36,343 bases of DNA from Reclinomonas americana ATCC 50394 (lineage: Eukaryota), in assembly GCA_048213135.1 (NCBI GenBank), contig PS015521.1, positions 1-36,343 on the forward strand, given 5' to 3'. Shown piece by piece: positions 11,212 through 24,450 of this stretch. The position numbers and the translations under genes are program-made. Below the pieces are notes generated by a model, which saw only the letters and a program-made list of their open reading frames with translations, was not told the origin of the DNA and made no database searches. Each line of letters begins with the position of its first letter. Position 1 is the stretch's first letter.

Positions 11212-14200
11212 CTATGGTATCGTGTATGTCGACGGACTGCGCGCAGCCACTTGCTGCGTGCAGCGTAGTGTCTCCACACAGTTCCGCAGCACAGTCTCCA
11301 ATTTTGGCTTGTGAATCGGTTTCACGAGGTAGTCGCTCATGCCCACACTCAAGCACTGGTCGCGTGTTTCGGGTCGTGCATCGGCCGTAACACACGCCAC
11401 AAACAAGTTGCATAAGCGTGGATCCTGCGTGGTTGGGTGAGCACGCTGGAGACAAGCGGCAAGCAAAAACAAATGCTGACCTTGCGAATTTCAATGACGG
11501 CCGAGATGCCATCCATTTCGGCCATGTTCTGCAACGCAAACGACGGAGGTGAGAGGAATGCCGGCTCGACCAATAGCACCACCAGTAGAGTATGCGACGC
11601 AACAAGATCCATCAACACACACTGGAAGCGGCTCGCATCGGCCAGAAGCCGATCGAGTGCGCGCCGACCATTTTCTTCGACCACCGCCGTGTGACCAAGT
11701 TGCTGTGTGCGCACGCCCAACACAGTGAGACGCACGCACAGCCAACATTATCCGCAAACGACGACGCACCTCCAACATCCGCACAATGACTTTCTGATTC
11801 AACTTGTTATCCTCCACCACCAACACATTTAGTGCTTTCGACGACTCCTCCGTGTCAACCGCTTCGAGAAGATCAGGCGGCAGCTCGTCCACCGACACGT
11901 GCCGCTGTTGTTGAACTGCCAGTCGACGCGTCAGCTGCTCCAGCAGTATCACCCGTTGTACGGGCACAGAAAGGATCGACATGGAGGGCGGGAGGCCTGT
12001 CGCAGGAATCAGCACGCAGATCGACAAGCAGACGACACAATACACGCTGCGCACCTTCGGGGCGCCAGTTGCGCCGCCCGATCAAAACTAGAGGCGGATC
12101 GGTAGTTACCGCACCGCACCGACTCGCTCTGCGCCACGCGCGCGTGTGAGTACCACTCACCACCACACAAAGGCAAGCAAGAGACCACAAGACGCAACGA
12201 TAAGCTCAACAAATGGTGCACAAGATCCACGGCTCCACGTAGCCTCACGTCGAGCACAAACACACGCTGCGACTGCCTCACAACCAGTGTCAGCCACAAC
12301 GAGTGCAACTCACCAGGAGGAATCATGTCGCACGCCACGCACCGTAACCAGACCACCAGTGGCCGCCCACTGCGTCATGCAAACACGCGCGTCGTCTGCA
12401 TTGGTGACAACATCACACCTGGCGCCAGCGGCCAGTACGTGCGCTCGAACACTCTCTGTCAGCACTTGCCCCTCCGACACGATAGTGACGGAGTGCAGTC
12501 GACATATGCTGCGCGCCTGTCTCAAAATGCGAGCGTGACGAGCGTCGCCGACATCAAGCACCATGCTGCTGCCTATGCTGGAGTTGCCTGCTCCCAACAG
12601 CAATCAATTTTACATGTGCAACAGAGACACAACAAAGCAGGTGACGCGCGCACCATCTTCCTGCGACACTCGACTGAGCTGACATGTGAACAAGAACGTG
12701 GTGCCTGCACCTTCGACGGACTCGAACCAAATCACACCGCCGAGTCGACGCACAAACTCTTTCGAAATCACCAGGCCTACAACCATTGTCAGCATCGTTT
12801 GTATCACAACCCTCTCTGCCACCATATGTGCGACTCACCAAGGCCGGTGCCACCAAAGCGACGAGTGACAGACGCATCGAGCTGCACAAACGAACGGAAG
12901 ATAATGTCCTTGGCCGACTTGGGCATTCCGATACCCGTGTCTGTCACTGAAAACAGGATAACAGCCGCCTCGGGGTCAAACTGTGCGATTTGCCGACTCG
13001 TATTGAGCGGCCGAGACGAGGGGGAAAAACATTAGACTCATCCCCGACGCAACCGCAGGAATCTCCTCATCGGCACCATCCGGCCGCCACTGGCGGTACT
13101 GATCCATCACCTCGACGTACGAGGCGGCATTCAACTCTTTCACACGCAGCACTACATGCCCTGTACCGGTCGCAGCAAGCATAAGATACATGGGTTGGCG
13201 CACGTGATGGTGGCCTTGCCCTACCGGACTGTGTAAACTTGACGGCATTCGACAGTAGATTGAGAATGACTTGCCGCAAGCGCGGTTCATCGCTAATCAC
13301 GTGATCGTCGCCAGCGGTGTACACGCTGGCCAGCTCCAACTCCTTCTCCATGGCCGCCGTGTACACTGCATGCCGACACGTGAGGTTCTTCTGACGCTTT
13401 CACAGCACGATCGCAAACAAAGCTCACCAATCTCCACAGCACTCTCCACACAGCTCAGGAGCGAGAATGGTCTCTTCTCCAGCACCAACTTCCCGCTTTC
13501 AACCTTGCTGAGGTCGAGCACGTCCTGAATGAGGTCAAGCAGTGCCTTGCCGGCCAACTGGATGGTGGCCACACAATCGCGCTGCATTTCGTCCAGATGC
13601 GTGCCCATGATAACGGAGCACATGCCGATCACCGAATTCAGTGGCGTCCTGCAGCGCGCGGCAGCAACAGAGGGTAGATGAACTCAACAGCACACGAGGG
13701 CGATGATCAACCGGCAAGAGAACAAACCTCAGCTCGTGGCTCATGTTCGAGAGGAACTCGCTCTTAGCTTGCGACCCAGCCTCGGCAGCCTCCTTGGCAG
13801 CTCGCAAGTCGGCTTCGTATTGCTTCTCAGCCGTAACATCGGTCACCGTCAGCACAAACGACGGGTCGTCGCCAGCTTGAAGCCTGCAAAAAGAGGGAGA
13901 CGACCGTGCGACGTGAGTTTTTTTCGCGTCGAGAGACTCCGCCCACCCTCAACACGAGACTCAACCGCATGGAGACCACATTCCAGTGCGTGGCGAGGTC
14001 GCCGGTTTCGCAGGCAAACGAGTCTGGCGCAGTGTCGCTCTGGTGGAAGTATTGCTGTAGCCGAGCGATGACATGGCCCGGCACACCGCGATCTCGGAAA
14101 AACTCGGTCACCGACAAGCACAAGTCAAAGTTGTTACCCGATACGAAACGCGAGCTGCAGATGTCAACGATGAGGCTGCTTAAAGGCAAGGGAAACAGAG

Positions 14201-17118
14201 AGAAAGAGAGAGCAGCTATGCGTACCTCAGGCCGGACACATCCACCTCGTCGGCGAACATGCGAAGGAATGCGGAATTCACAAACTGTACCACACACTGG
14301 TGCGACGGCATCAGCTTGCGCACAACCAGCAGACCCTCCTTGGTGCTCTCCATGGCCCTCTGGTGCAGTCTGCGAGTTGTACACACGAATTAACAGCCGT
14401 GAGCAACACCATGCTGTCAAGGTGCACGACTGAGAGAAGCACACGCACGCAACGTGAGTTCACGCTGAGCATTCAGCTGCTCGGTCATGTCGATGACGGC
14501 AATGCCGACCGAAGTGGCGCCGCCACTGGAGAGTGGGAAAATGCGCAGCATGCAAATGCAGTCGAGGAGCTGGAATCGCGGAACGATGCGGGCCGATCGC
14601 GTGGTCGCCACCAGCCGGTACTCGTTGAGCAGGTATCGCGTCTTCAGCGCCGCTGGCAGATTGCTCAACTCGGCAGCCGGTTTGAGCAGCGCCCGGCTGG
14701 ACATCCGATGTGAATATCGACTGCGGCTGCCCTCCGAATGCATGCTGATGCTGTCGCCAATGTCAAAGTCGACATCGCTGTCAATTGAATCGTCGTCGTC
14801 GCCGTCGTCACCGTCCAGCGCATCCTCCGTGACTGCCAAGTGTACGCGTGAGTGAAGATTGTCCTTCCCCGAAGTCTTTGCCGTGGTTGACGCAACCCGA
14901 TTGACGCGCACTACACCGTCGACCGTGCCACTGGAACCAGTTGCGGAATGCATGGTTGGCCACTTCCACGGGAAGACTGACTTGGCACGTCTCGGATTGA
15001 TCGTCACCGGCCAGGTCCAGCTGCGACAGAGACTCTGTGTTGAAGACAATCACGCCAACCTCAATGTTGCTGTGTGTATGCGAGCGTGAGACAAGGACGC
15101 GACCGAGGGAGGCACCGCGTGAGCAAGGCGCAACTCAAAGATGTCCTGGTACACGGTAATGGTGCGCGCAGCGGCCTTGCGCTCACTAAGGTCCGTGAGT
15201 TCCACAATCACGCTGTCGGCCGCACCATCATAGCAGAGAGCCTGCGGCAGAAGAACCGTGAGTGGAATCACGCACAATGCGTTTGGGGAATGAGGCAGAC
15301 GCACGTGGTCTTGCGGTACTGGCTTAAACTGCAACAGACACCACTTGGTCTGCCCGTTACCAGTGTTGATTCGAGCCTCCAACGAAGACTGCACCAGCAC
15401 CGCCATCAGAAGATCCTCGAGTCAACAAATGATGCATCTTCTCTATTACGCAACATCGTGCCCCGTGCGAATGGATCTTGTGGTTGTCAACACCACGGCA
15501 TCGGCGTCCACCACCGCCACCAGCGACGAGAGGCCACTGCCCACGACCGCTCCATTCGTCTCGCCACACTCGTGACAAAAGGCTGTGTTGGCAAACTGCA
15601 CCTTCAAGCCGAGATGAAGTGCGCTGAGATCGAATGACTGCGCGGTCCGAGAGTGAGCATCAAGAGTGAGCATCAATCCGCTTTCTCCCCCTTGCATACC
15701 GCTTCGTACTCCTCCAAGGCGCATCGCGGAATCTTCACCACAGCGAGGGGTTGCTTCACCAGACTGAGTGCACTCGTCAACGTGTGCATCGCCACGGATT
15801 GCTCCACTACGTCCGTGACATCCTGCTCTTCGACAAGGAAGAAGCGCGATCCTTTTTCTTGCTGCAGCAGCCGCCGGGCAAACACACGGTGATATCTGCG
15901 CCGCCGGCAGAAGAAGAACAGCTGAGACGGGGCCCATGTAGAGAAGAGAGACACTCGTGAAGACAGACAGACCGTCGGCCGTTGGGCATCGTGGCGCGCA
16001 GCTGCGGCGCCGAGTACGACTCGCCGTCCACAAACACCTGACGGCGTTTTCGAGTGAGCCAGCTGTGACAAGAGTAGCACGCCTGGAAATACACACACTC
16101 ACCGATTTGACAAGCATCTGCACGGCACGACGATCGTCGAGGTGCGGCAAAAACTGAAGCTGCCAGAAATCACTGTGCGGGGAGCACACAGCGCACGGAC
16201 ACGCAACGGCCTCTGCGCCGCCCGTCGGGGTCGCGCGATTGCGGCACTCGAACAGGTCATTGTCGGCCGCATCGCGAACCTCGACCAAATTCTCGGCACC
16301 GATCACATTGTATGCCTCGATGGCGGCTGCGTTGTGGAATACCACGCTGCCGTCCTCGGCATACACGGAGACGTAGCTCGACGTGCGTCGAATCACTGCG
16401 GAGGAGTAGGATGGTGATGAGCCACGGTCGGTGGCCGGAGGGTCACAATGAAGAAACCAGGCGCACCATCGGTCCACAATCGCATGTTGCGCTCGTTGCG
16501 CAAGGCGTCCGGCAGTGGCGTGGCCTCGTTGAAGAGCAGCGTCCGGCCCGACAGTGACACATACGGCGACAACAGAGATCGCGTCCGCACCGCCTTGCCC
16601 TGCACTCACCAGTTAACCAACACAAACAGATGGCAAAACTCCATTCGACAAAAGGGCGCTTGCCTTGGGCTGCCAACAGTGCGACAATTAGTAACCTCCA
16701 AAACGGCAATTGAGGCAATACAGCAAATACGCAACGTTATACGTGAAATTCACCACAACCGGAATCTGTGAATGCCACTGCTCTCGCAGCTGGTGCACAG
16801 GCAAAGGGTGAGTGAGTGAGGACATGGGTGCGAGAAAAACAACTCTCGGCACACCTTTCGCAAAAACATGCTGGATTCGGCGCTCATATCCTTGAACGAG
16901 CGACTAAACATCTCACTCAACGACGGCGAATTCCACAACTCCAGTGCGCTCTGTTATTAGTGCGCACAGATATACACATGTCAGTGTTGCGCTTACCGCA
17001 CATCAAGGGAGAGCGAAGAGAGGACGCACCTTGTTCGCAAAGCGCATGCAATAGTGATCCAAGTCCTGAAATGAACAGAGAAAAACGAAGATCATTTTAT
17101 GCTTTCTCGATGAGGCTT

Positions 17119-17154
<36 letters not shown>

Positions 17155-17601
17155 GACGCAACAAACACCCAAAAGGGAGTCTGCACTTGCGCGGCCAGTC
17201 TGTACTGTCGGGTGAGAAGAAAATCACCGTACTCACCAAAGATGGACACTAATTCGCGGACGGAAACCAGGCACGCACACACACATTCACACACACTCTC
17301 TCTCTCTTTCACACACACACGCACACACGCACCTCTCGAGGAACTCATAGTCAATGTCCTCGCCTCCGGGAACCACGCTGTAACGCGACCACAACGGCGA
17401 CACCTCTCTCGCGTGTCCTGCGCTCATCGCCTCTCCTCCTGCTCTCGAGCTCTCCCCGCACGCGCGTCCTCGTCCTGCGCCACTGCCTCCCTCATCATCG
17501 ACTTCAGCAGCAGCAGCAGCAGCAGCGACGCTCTCCTCATCGTCGGCGGACGGATGAGGAGGAGTCGGAGGTCGCATCTTCTCCAAGTACACAAACGGCA
17601 T
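11212..17601 (-). CDS. Hybrid histidine kinase 1: ~5 PAS-like domains, HisKA, HATPase_c, pseudo-receiver, receiver; more than 20 introns
   Basis: H-box [23 protein letters not shown]-box [18 protein letters not shown]1/[10 protein letters not shown]...[19 protein letters not shown]2 [10 protein letters not shown]. Receiver [11 protein letters not shown]...VLMDL|NMAEMDG...VTADA...LVKP. PAS hallmarks FAN.AF and the terminal motifs DVTD, DLSERK, DMTEQ, DVTAEK. No obvious TM segment. Confidence 0.93.
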
Positions 17602-18118
17602 GTTGGGCGTGTGTCTCTCTCACACACACACACACAGGCACTGATCACACAGCACTCTTCTCTCTCTCTCTCTCTCTCGTCGTTGACGTGTGCCTGCTCC
17701 AATTAACAACAAAATACAAAAGTGATTGGCTGCCAATTGGAATCGCCGCATATTCGCGACTTCCGCGGCTTGCTTGCCTCGTCTGCAAATTCCGACTGGT
17801 TTTACTTGCTTCGGTGTTACGGTTGGTGGCCTGCACTTGGCAATCAAGCGTGCAGCTACTCCCTTTGCGTCGATCGCATGCAAAAGGCCTTCTTGAACCG
17901 GTACCCTTGCTCCTCACACACTCGACCGCCAGAGATACAACAACCGTTGCGCACGCCGGGTACAACTCGCGCAGCCCTCCAGGCTGCCTGTTCGAACTCA
18001 CCTCGGTCTCCAATAACAACCACCACCCACACATTTCCGAACACCGTACCCGCCGCAACTCCGCCAATGGCGAGAGTCCGCGATGATGACCACTGAGAAG
18101 CACACGAGTCGCGTTTTA

Positions 18119-21100
18119 TCATGGTGCGCTTGCCAGTGTCACCGTCGGCGTCGTCGGCGTCGACATTGTGGCGGAGAGTCGCCGTTGCTGCCGGAGGTGC
18201 TGCTGGCACAGGTCCAAGGTGGCCACCAGCTTTGGCTTGTGGATGGGCTTGACGAGGAAATCATTCATGCCCACACTCATGCAGTGTCCGCGCGTCTCCG
18301 GGCGAGCGTCCGCTGTCACGCAGGCAATGAATAGGTCCGTGAAGCGCGGATCCTGATAGCACAGTGAGCCACCTGTATCGCAGCAATATCGTGCACCCAC
18401 CACACCACACACACCGCACGAAGTTTCGCTGTGGCCGTCAGACCGTCCATTTCGGCCATGTTCTGCAATCATCACGCACGCTCGCGTCAGGCAGAGAGGA
18501 CTTTGTTTGTGAGGAAGGGGAAGGGGAGAACGAAACCAAATCCATCAACACGCAATGGAAGCGTGTGGGTTCCTCCGCCAGTCGGTTGAGCGCGCAGCGC
18601 CCGTTCTCCTCGACAACAACGCGGTGGCCGAGTTGCTGCGGCGGACGGATCGGCAGCGTCAGTGACGATACTCGCTCCGAACAACACAGATCACCACAAA
18701 CCTCAAGCAGTCGCATGATGACTTTCTGCACGCGTGCACACACACACACCCCTCCCGAGTGAGCATTCGTGACAGTTCCTCACATGAGCAGGCGGTGCCT
18801 CACGCAACTTGATTCAAGCGGTTGTCCTCCACCACCAGCACATTCAACGCATTGCTCGAGCCCTCCGCATGATGTGTGTCACTGCAGTCGCACTCCGCAG
18901 TCGCGGTCAATGGACCGGCGACCGGCGCGTGAGTCGGCGACAGCAGACGCTGTTGGAACACGGCGAATCGCTCCGACAAATCCCTGCAAAATGGCAGTCG
19001 TTGTACCGGGAGCGACATGCACGACACGTGCAACGACAGTCCTGTTCATCGTCATCATCATCAACCGTCAGTGAGAAGCACACGAGAAATTCCCCGAGCC
19101 ACACACCTGCTGGCCGCTGACTGCGCTGCCCGAATAATATTAGTGGTGGCAACTGTAATGGACCTGCCTGCAGTCGCTCTCTGTGTGGCAAAGGACGAAT
19201 GAGGAGAGAATCGCAACACGTAGCGCACACCACAACACGCAACAGAGCGTTGAGGCATTCGTTTGTCCACTCCATCACCCATGGTAATCGTGTATCCAGC
19301 ACCACCACCCGCGGTGTCTGTCGAAAGAACAAGGTCGGCAAGTGAGGTGAGCAAGGGAGGACACAAGAAATAACACGTACCGAGAATGGTGGCTCTGCAA
19401 ACGACCACTCGCGAAGCAACTCAAATACTTCCTCCTGGGCGCGCATGATGCGCGGACGGCAGCCAACCGAACGCACGTGCTGTTGTATCGACTCTTCCAC
19501 TGCCGCACGCGGTGTCACGATCACCACCTCTTGACCTGCGTACCGTCGGCATGCCTCCATCACCGATCGCCGACTCTGCGACGCCTCAACAACGCCGGCC
19601 TCCTGACTCGCCTCTGCATGTGTGGGGGGCAAATCGGTGAGCAGAATGCGCAGCTACTGGCTGGAATAGATGTCGTGGCCACCACCCACCAGGTAGTCTG
19701 CCGAGCTGACACGTGAAGAAGAATGTGGTGCCGACACCCTCGGTAGACTCGAACCAAATGACGCCACCGAGGCGTCGCACAATCTCTTTCGAAATCACCA
19801 GACCTGTCACAGGATAATGAATATCCACTCTTTGCTGCCGCACGCCCTGCACTAAAATAGACTCACCGAGACCGGTGCCACCGAAACGACGAGTGACAGA
19901 GGCGTCGAGCTGCACGAATTGCTGGAAAATGTGGCTCTTGGCCGTCTCTGGCATACCAATGCCGGTGTCGCTCACCGACACCAGTACTGCGGCCAGATCG
20001 TCGTCAAACTGCAAGTCAGTGAAGGGGTGAGTGGGTCCGATTGCGCCGACCTTTAGTCGCTCGATGACAACTCAACTGGTGGCACTTCGCTCGTGTTGAG
20101 GACGATACCCGGCTGCCATCGCGTGTATCGCTCCATATTCTCGGCGTAGGCTGCCGCATCGAGTGACGACACTCGCAGCACCACGTTTCCTGCGCCCCCG
20201 CCTCGACATAAGCACGGGCGGCCACGACAAGAAACAACTCACATACGTACCGACTTCGGTGAATTTGACGGCGTTGGACAGGAGGTTGAGAATGATCTGC
20301 CGCAGTCTCGCTTCATCGCTCACCACTTCGTCGATGGTGGTGGAGCACACACTCGCCAACTCGAGACCCTTGTCCGACGCCGCCGTGTACACTTGCCAGC
20401 AGAATGTATTAGACAGGTGCATTAGAAGAAACAGCAGTGCTGCAATACTACTTACCAATCTCCACCGCACTCTCCACACAGCTGATGAGTGAAAATGGTC
20501 TCTTTTCCAGCACCAACTTCCCGCTTTCCACCTTGCTGAGGTCGAGAACGTCCTGAATGAGGTCAAGCAGTGCCTTACCGGCCAGCTGGATGGTGGCCAC
20601 ACAATCGCGCTGCATCTCGTCGAGTGGCGTCTCCATGATGACACTGCACATGCCAATCACCGAGTTCAACGGCGTCCTGTAGCACGTGATGAGATGCACA
20701 GTCGACGATTATCGAGACAAAAAGACACACACACGCGCGCGAGGACCAACCTCAGCTCGTGACTCATGTTGGAGAGGAACTCGCCCTTGGCTTGCGATCC
20801 AGCCTCCGCCGCTTCTTTCGAAGCCCGCAAATTGGCCTCGTACTGCTTCTCGGCAGTCACATCGGTCACCGTCAGTACGTAGGACGAGTCGGAGCCCGAC
20901 TCCCACCTGCGACAACAGAACAGAGCAGCTCAGTTGTGATACCAGCATTCTCAACCACAAGTCCCACAACGCACACACCTCATGCACACAATGCTCCATC
21001 GCGTCACGCTTCCCCCATTGTCACACTCAAAGGAGGCCGTCGACGTGGACCCCTGGAGCAAGTATTGTTGTAGAAGGCTGCTGGCCGTGTCGGGGACGTG

Positions 21101-24100
21101 GCGATCGGAGAAAAACTCATTCAGTGGAATGTACAAATCGGCCATCTCGGACGATGATCGGGAACTACGGCGGTTGAGAATGAAAGAAGGGTGACGCAAG
21201 CGCGCACACACACATGCACCTCGACACGCTGGAATCACCGCCAGCCGCGGCGGCATTCAGGTCCTCGGGAAACATGCGCAAGAATGCCGAGTTGACAAAT
21301 TGCACCACGCACTGCTGCACCAGCTCCACGCGCTTGATGATGAGCAGGCCCTCCTTGGTGCTTTCCATGGCGCGTCGGTGCAATCTACCGCGAACGCAGA
21401 TGAGCACTCAGGCGAGGGATTACTTCTCCCTGCTTCCCATCCTCTCCTCACGCACGTCAGCTCCTGGCGCGTGTTGAACTGCTCGGTCATGTCAATGAGC
21501 GCCAGGCCGACGGAGGTGGTGCCGCCGCTCGACAGCGGAAAGATGCGCAGCATGCAAATGCAGCCATAGATGTGAAACCGCGGCACAATGCGCGCCTGCC
21601 GTGTGGTGGCCACCGTCACATACTCGGCGACGAGGAAGGACGTGCGCAATTCTGGCGGGAGCTCGGGCATCTCGCGCCGGTTGCGTGGAATGCTCAATCG
21701 AGCCGGGTGGCTGTAGTACTGGCTGTCATGCTCCGGGATGCGGCAGTCTTCGGCAAAGTCCTCGCCTTGGATGCTGCAGTCGGTTACTGCGGCGGCGGGA
21801 AGGATGCAAGGGGTCAGCCAGAGAAAATCACTCAATAACGAAACAACAAACAGCGCAACATGAATCCAAACTCGAGTGACTCGGTCGCTGACTGGTACTG
21901 CGCATCTCCGCTGCTGTTGTCAGCAGCGAGCCTGCACGCAGTCGCGCGAAAATAATGAGTGAGCAACGAGAGCGAACACAGTAACAAAGTGCAGGAAAAA
22001 TGCAAGCGCAACTTGCATCTTCACTGGGTCGCTGGCGACGTCCGTGCAGGGCCAGCCACTGGCGAAAGGCATTGTTGGCAACCTCGAGCTTGAGGTCAAC
22101 GTCGCACACGGAAGATCCGTGCTGACCAGACAGATCAGAGTTCACCGCGTTGTCAATGTTGAAGACCACGACGCCGACCTCGATGTTTCTGCGCGGAATG
22201 CGATGAGAACCCTGAAGGGAAGGGGAGCAGAGAGCAGAGAGAAAAGGGGAGAAGGGGAGGAGAGGGATAGAGAGAGAGAGACAGAGAGAGAAGGAGAGAA
22301 AAGTGGACAAGAAATGGGTGAAGATGAGGAGGTGGACGGGAAGGAAGTCGAGGAGAAGCAGACGGAATTGGAGAAGGAGGCCAAGGAAGAAGAAAACGCG
22401 GCATCTGTGAAGCACGCAACTCGAAAATGTCCTCATACACGGTGATGGTGCGCTGGGAGGCCTTGCGTTCGCTGAGGTCGGTGAGCTCGACGATGAGACT
22501 GTCGCTCGTCGACTCGTTGCGCAGTGCCTGCACGCGAGCGGTAAGCGCGCCAGCCAAGTTTCACGCACTCGCGACGACAGTGACGCAACACTATCTCGCG
22601 GCACCGGCTTGATCTCAAACAGGCACCACTTGTCTATCGCGCGCACTCGAGCCTCCACCGAAGCCTGTAATAGGGAGACGCCGATGTGACGAAGAGTGCC
22701 GAACCCTCCTGCTGGCAAGAAAGCATACGACACCTCTTCGCCCGACTGCACTGCGCGCAACAAGTGCAGCAGCACACTGTCCACGTCCTCGGCAGCCACG
22801 ACAGTCGCCAGCGCCTCGCCCGTCAGCGATGCAGGGCAAGACGGATCGCAATTGCCGCACTCCTTGCAAAAAGCCGAGTTGGCAAACTGCACCACAAAGC
22901 CCTTGCACAGCGCCTCCATGTCGGCCGTCTGTGTTCACGTGTGAGGACGTGTGTGTCACAACAAAATATCCGGCGCTCGAGATGTGAGTCAGACGCGCCT
23001 CTTCAAAGTGCTGCACGGCATCCACGGCGATGCGGACCACCGCCAGCGGCTGCTTCACCAGACTGAGTGCACTTGATAGGCTGTGCACCGCTCCGGTTTG
23101 CTCAATCACGTCGGTGACGTCCTGCTCCTCCACCAAGAAGAAGCGCGGACCGCTCTCTTGCAGCAAGAGCCGTCGCGCGAACACGCTGTGATAACTGGGG
23201 AGGAATGCAAGAAAGAGTAAGAGACACATCGTTCATGGCCAACGCCTGTCGCGCAGCGCACCGTCTGCCACTCGGCATCAGCGCCCGCGTCTGAGGCAGA
23301 GAAAAGATTGTGCCCTCCACGAACACCTACATCCACAGAGTCAGCAGACAGCAGGCGCGTGTGACAACTGCTCACCACGAGCACGCAACTGCTTGCACGA
23401 GGCGCGCCACGGCCTCTCGGTCCTCCAAGTGCGCAAGGAATCGGTGTCGCCAAAAATCGCTGTTCGGCGAGCACGCTGCACACGGGCACTCTTCGACGCG
23501 CTCAGTGTGTCCGGCGGCGCGATTGCGGCACTCGAAATGCACCGGCTCTGTGGCGTCGCGCACCTCCTCGTAGTACTCGGTGCCGGAGAGATCGTGCGCC
23601 TGTGCCGCAGCACCGTTGTGAATCGTGGCGCTGCCATCCTCACAGTAGACGGACAAGTAGCTGCGAGCGCGACGAATAACTGCGCGGCAGCACAGGCAAC
23701 CCCCTATGAATACACCAGGCATGGGGTAAAAGGGGAAGGTGGTGAGCACGCCACTGACCATCGCCACGGAGTCGCATGTAGCGTTCGTGGCGCATCGCAT
23801 CAGGCAGCGGCAAGGCCTCGACTTGGATCAGGGCACGCCCAGTCAGCGATAAGTACGGCGTCCACAGACTGCGCGTGTGCACCGGTTGTCCCTAATTATA
23901 ACAGACGCACGGGCGACAGTGAGGTACATGCACAGACGCAAACGATGCCATTGGTAGCGCACACCTTGGGCTGTGCACAAAGAACAAAATACACAGTTAG
24001 CAACAGCAGCACTCAGTGTAAGTGGAGGAAGGGAAAGCGCAACATTGTACGTGTAGTTGCACGGCACGGGGATTCGTGTATGCCACTCGTCCATCACCTG

Positions 24101-24419
24101 CAACAAGTAAGCAACGAGAGAGAGACAGGAAAACACCAGAGTTGCAATGGACACGCCTTCTCCAAGAAGCGCAGTCCTTCGGCCGAGTAATCAGAGTATG
24201 AGCGGCTGAGCAGCTCAGCGAGTGATGGAGAGTTCCACAGCTCGAGGGCGCTCTGAGGAGGGGGGAAAGAGAAAAGCAGGTTGTGAGAGTGAGAGAGAGA
24301 CAGAGAGAAGTTGCGTTTCACGCAACTCTGTTGGCGTATCGCATGCACATGTTCTCCACATCCTGTATGAATGCACACGACGTGATTCTCTTCGTCAGCA
24401 ATCAGGTGGCCATGGAGGG

Positions 24420-24450
<31 letters not shown>

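Noticed and set aside
16201-16207. GTTGCGT on the minus strand as another shifted donor
   Set aside because: It encodes V-A-C of the Cys motif that aligns with HK2, so it is exonic. This shows that the heptamer alone does not define a donor.
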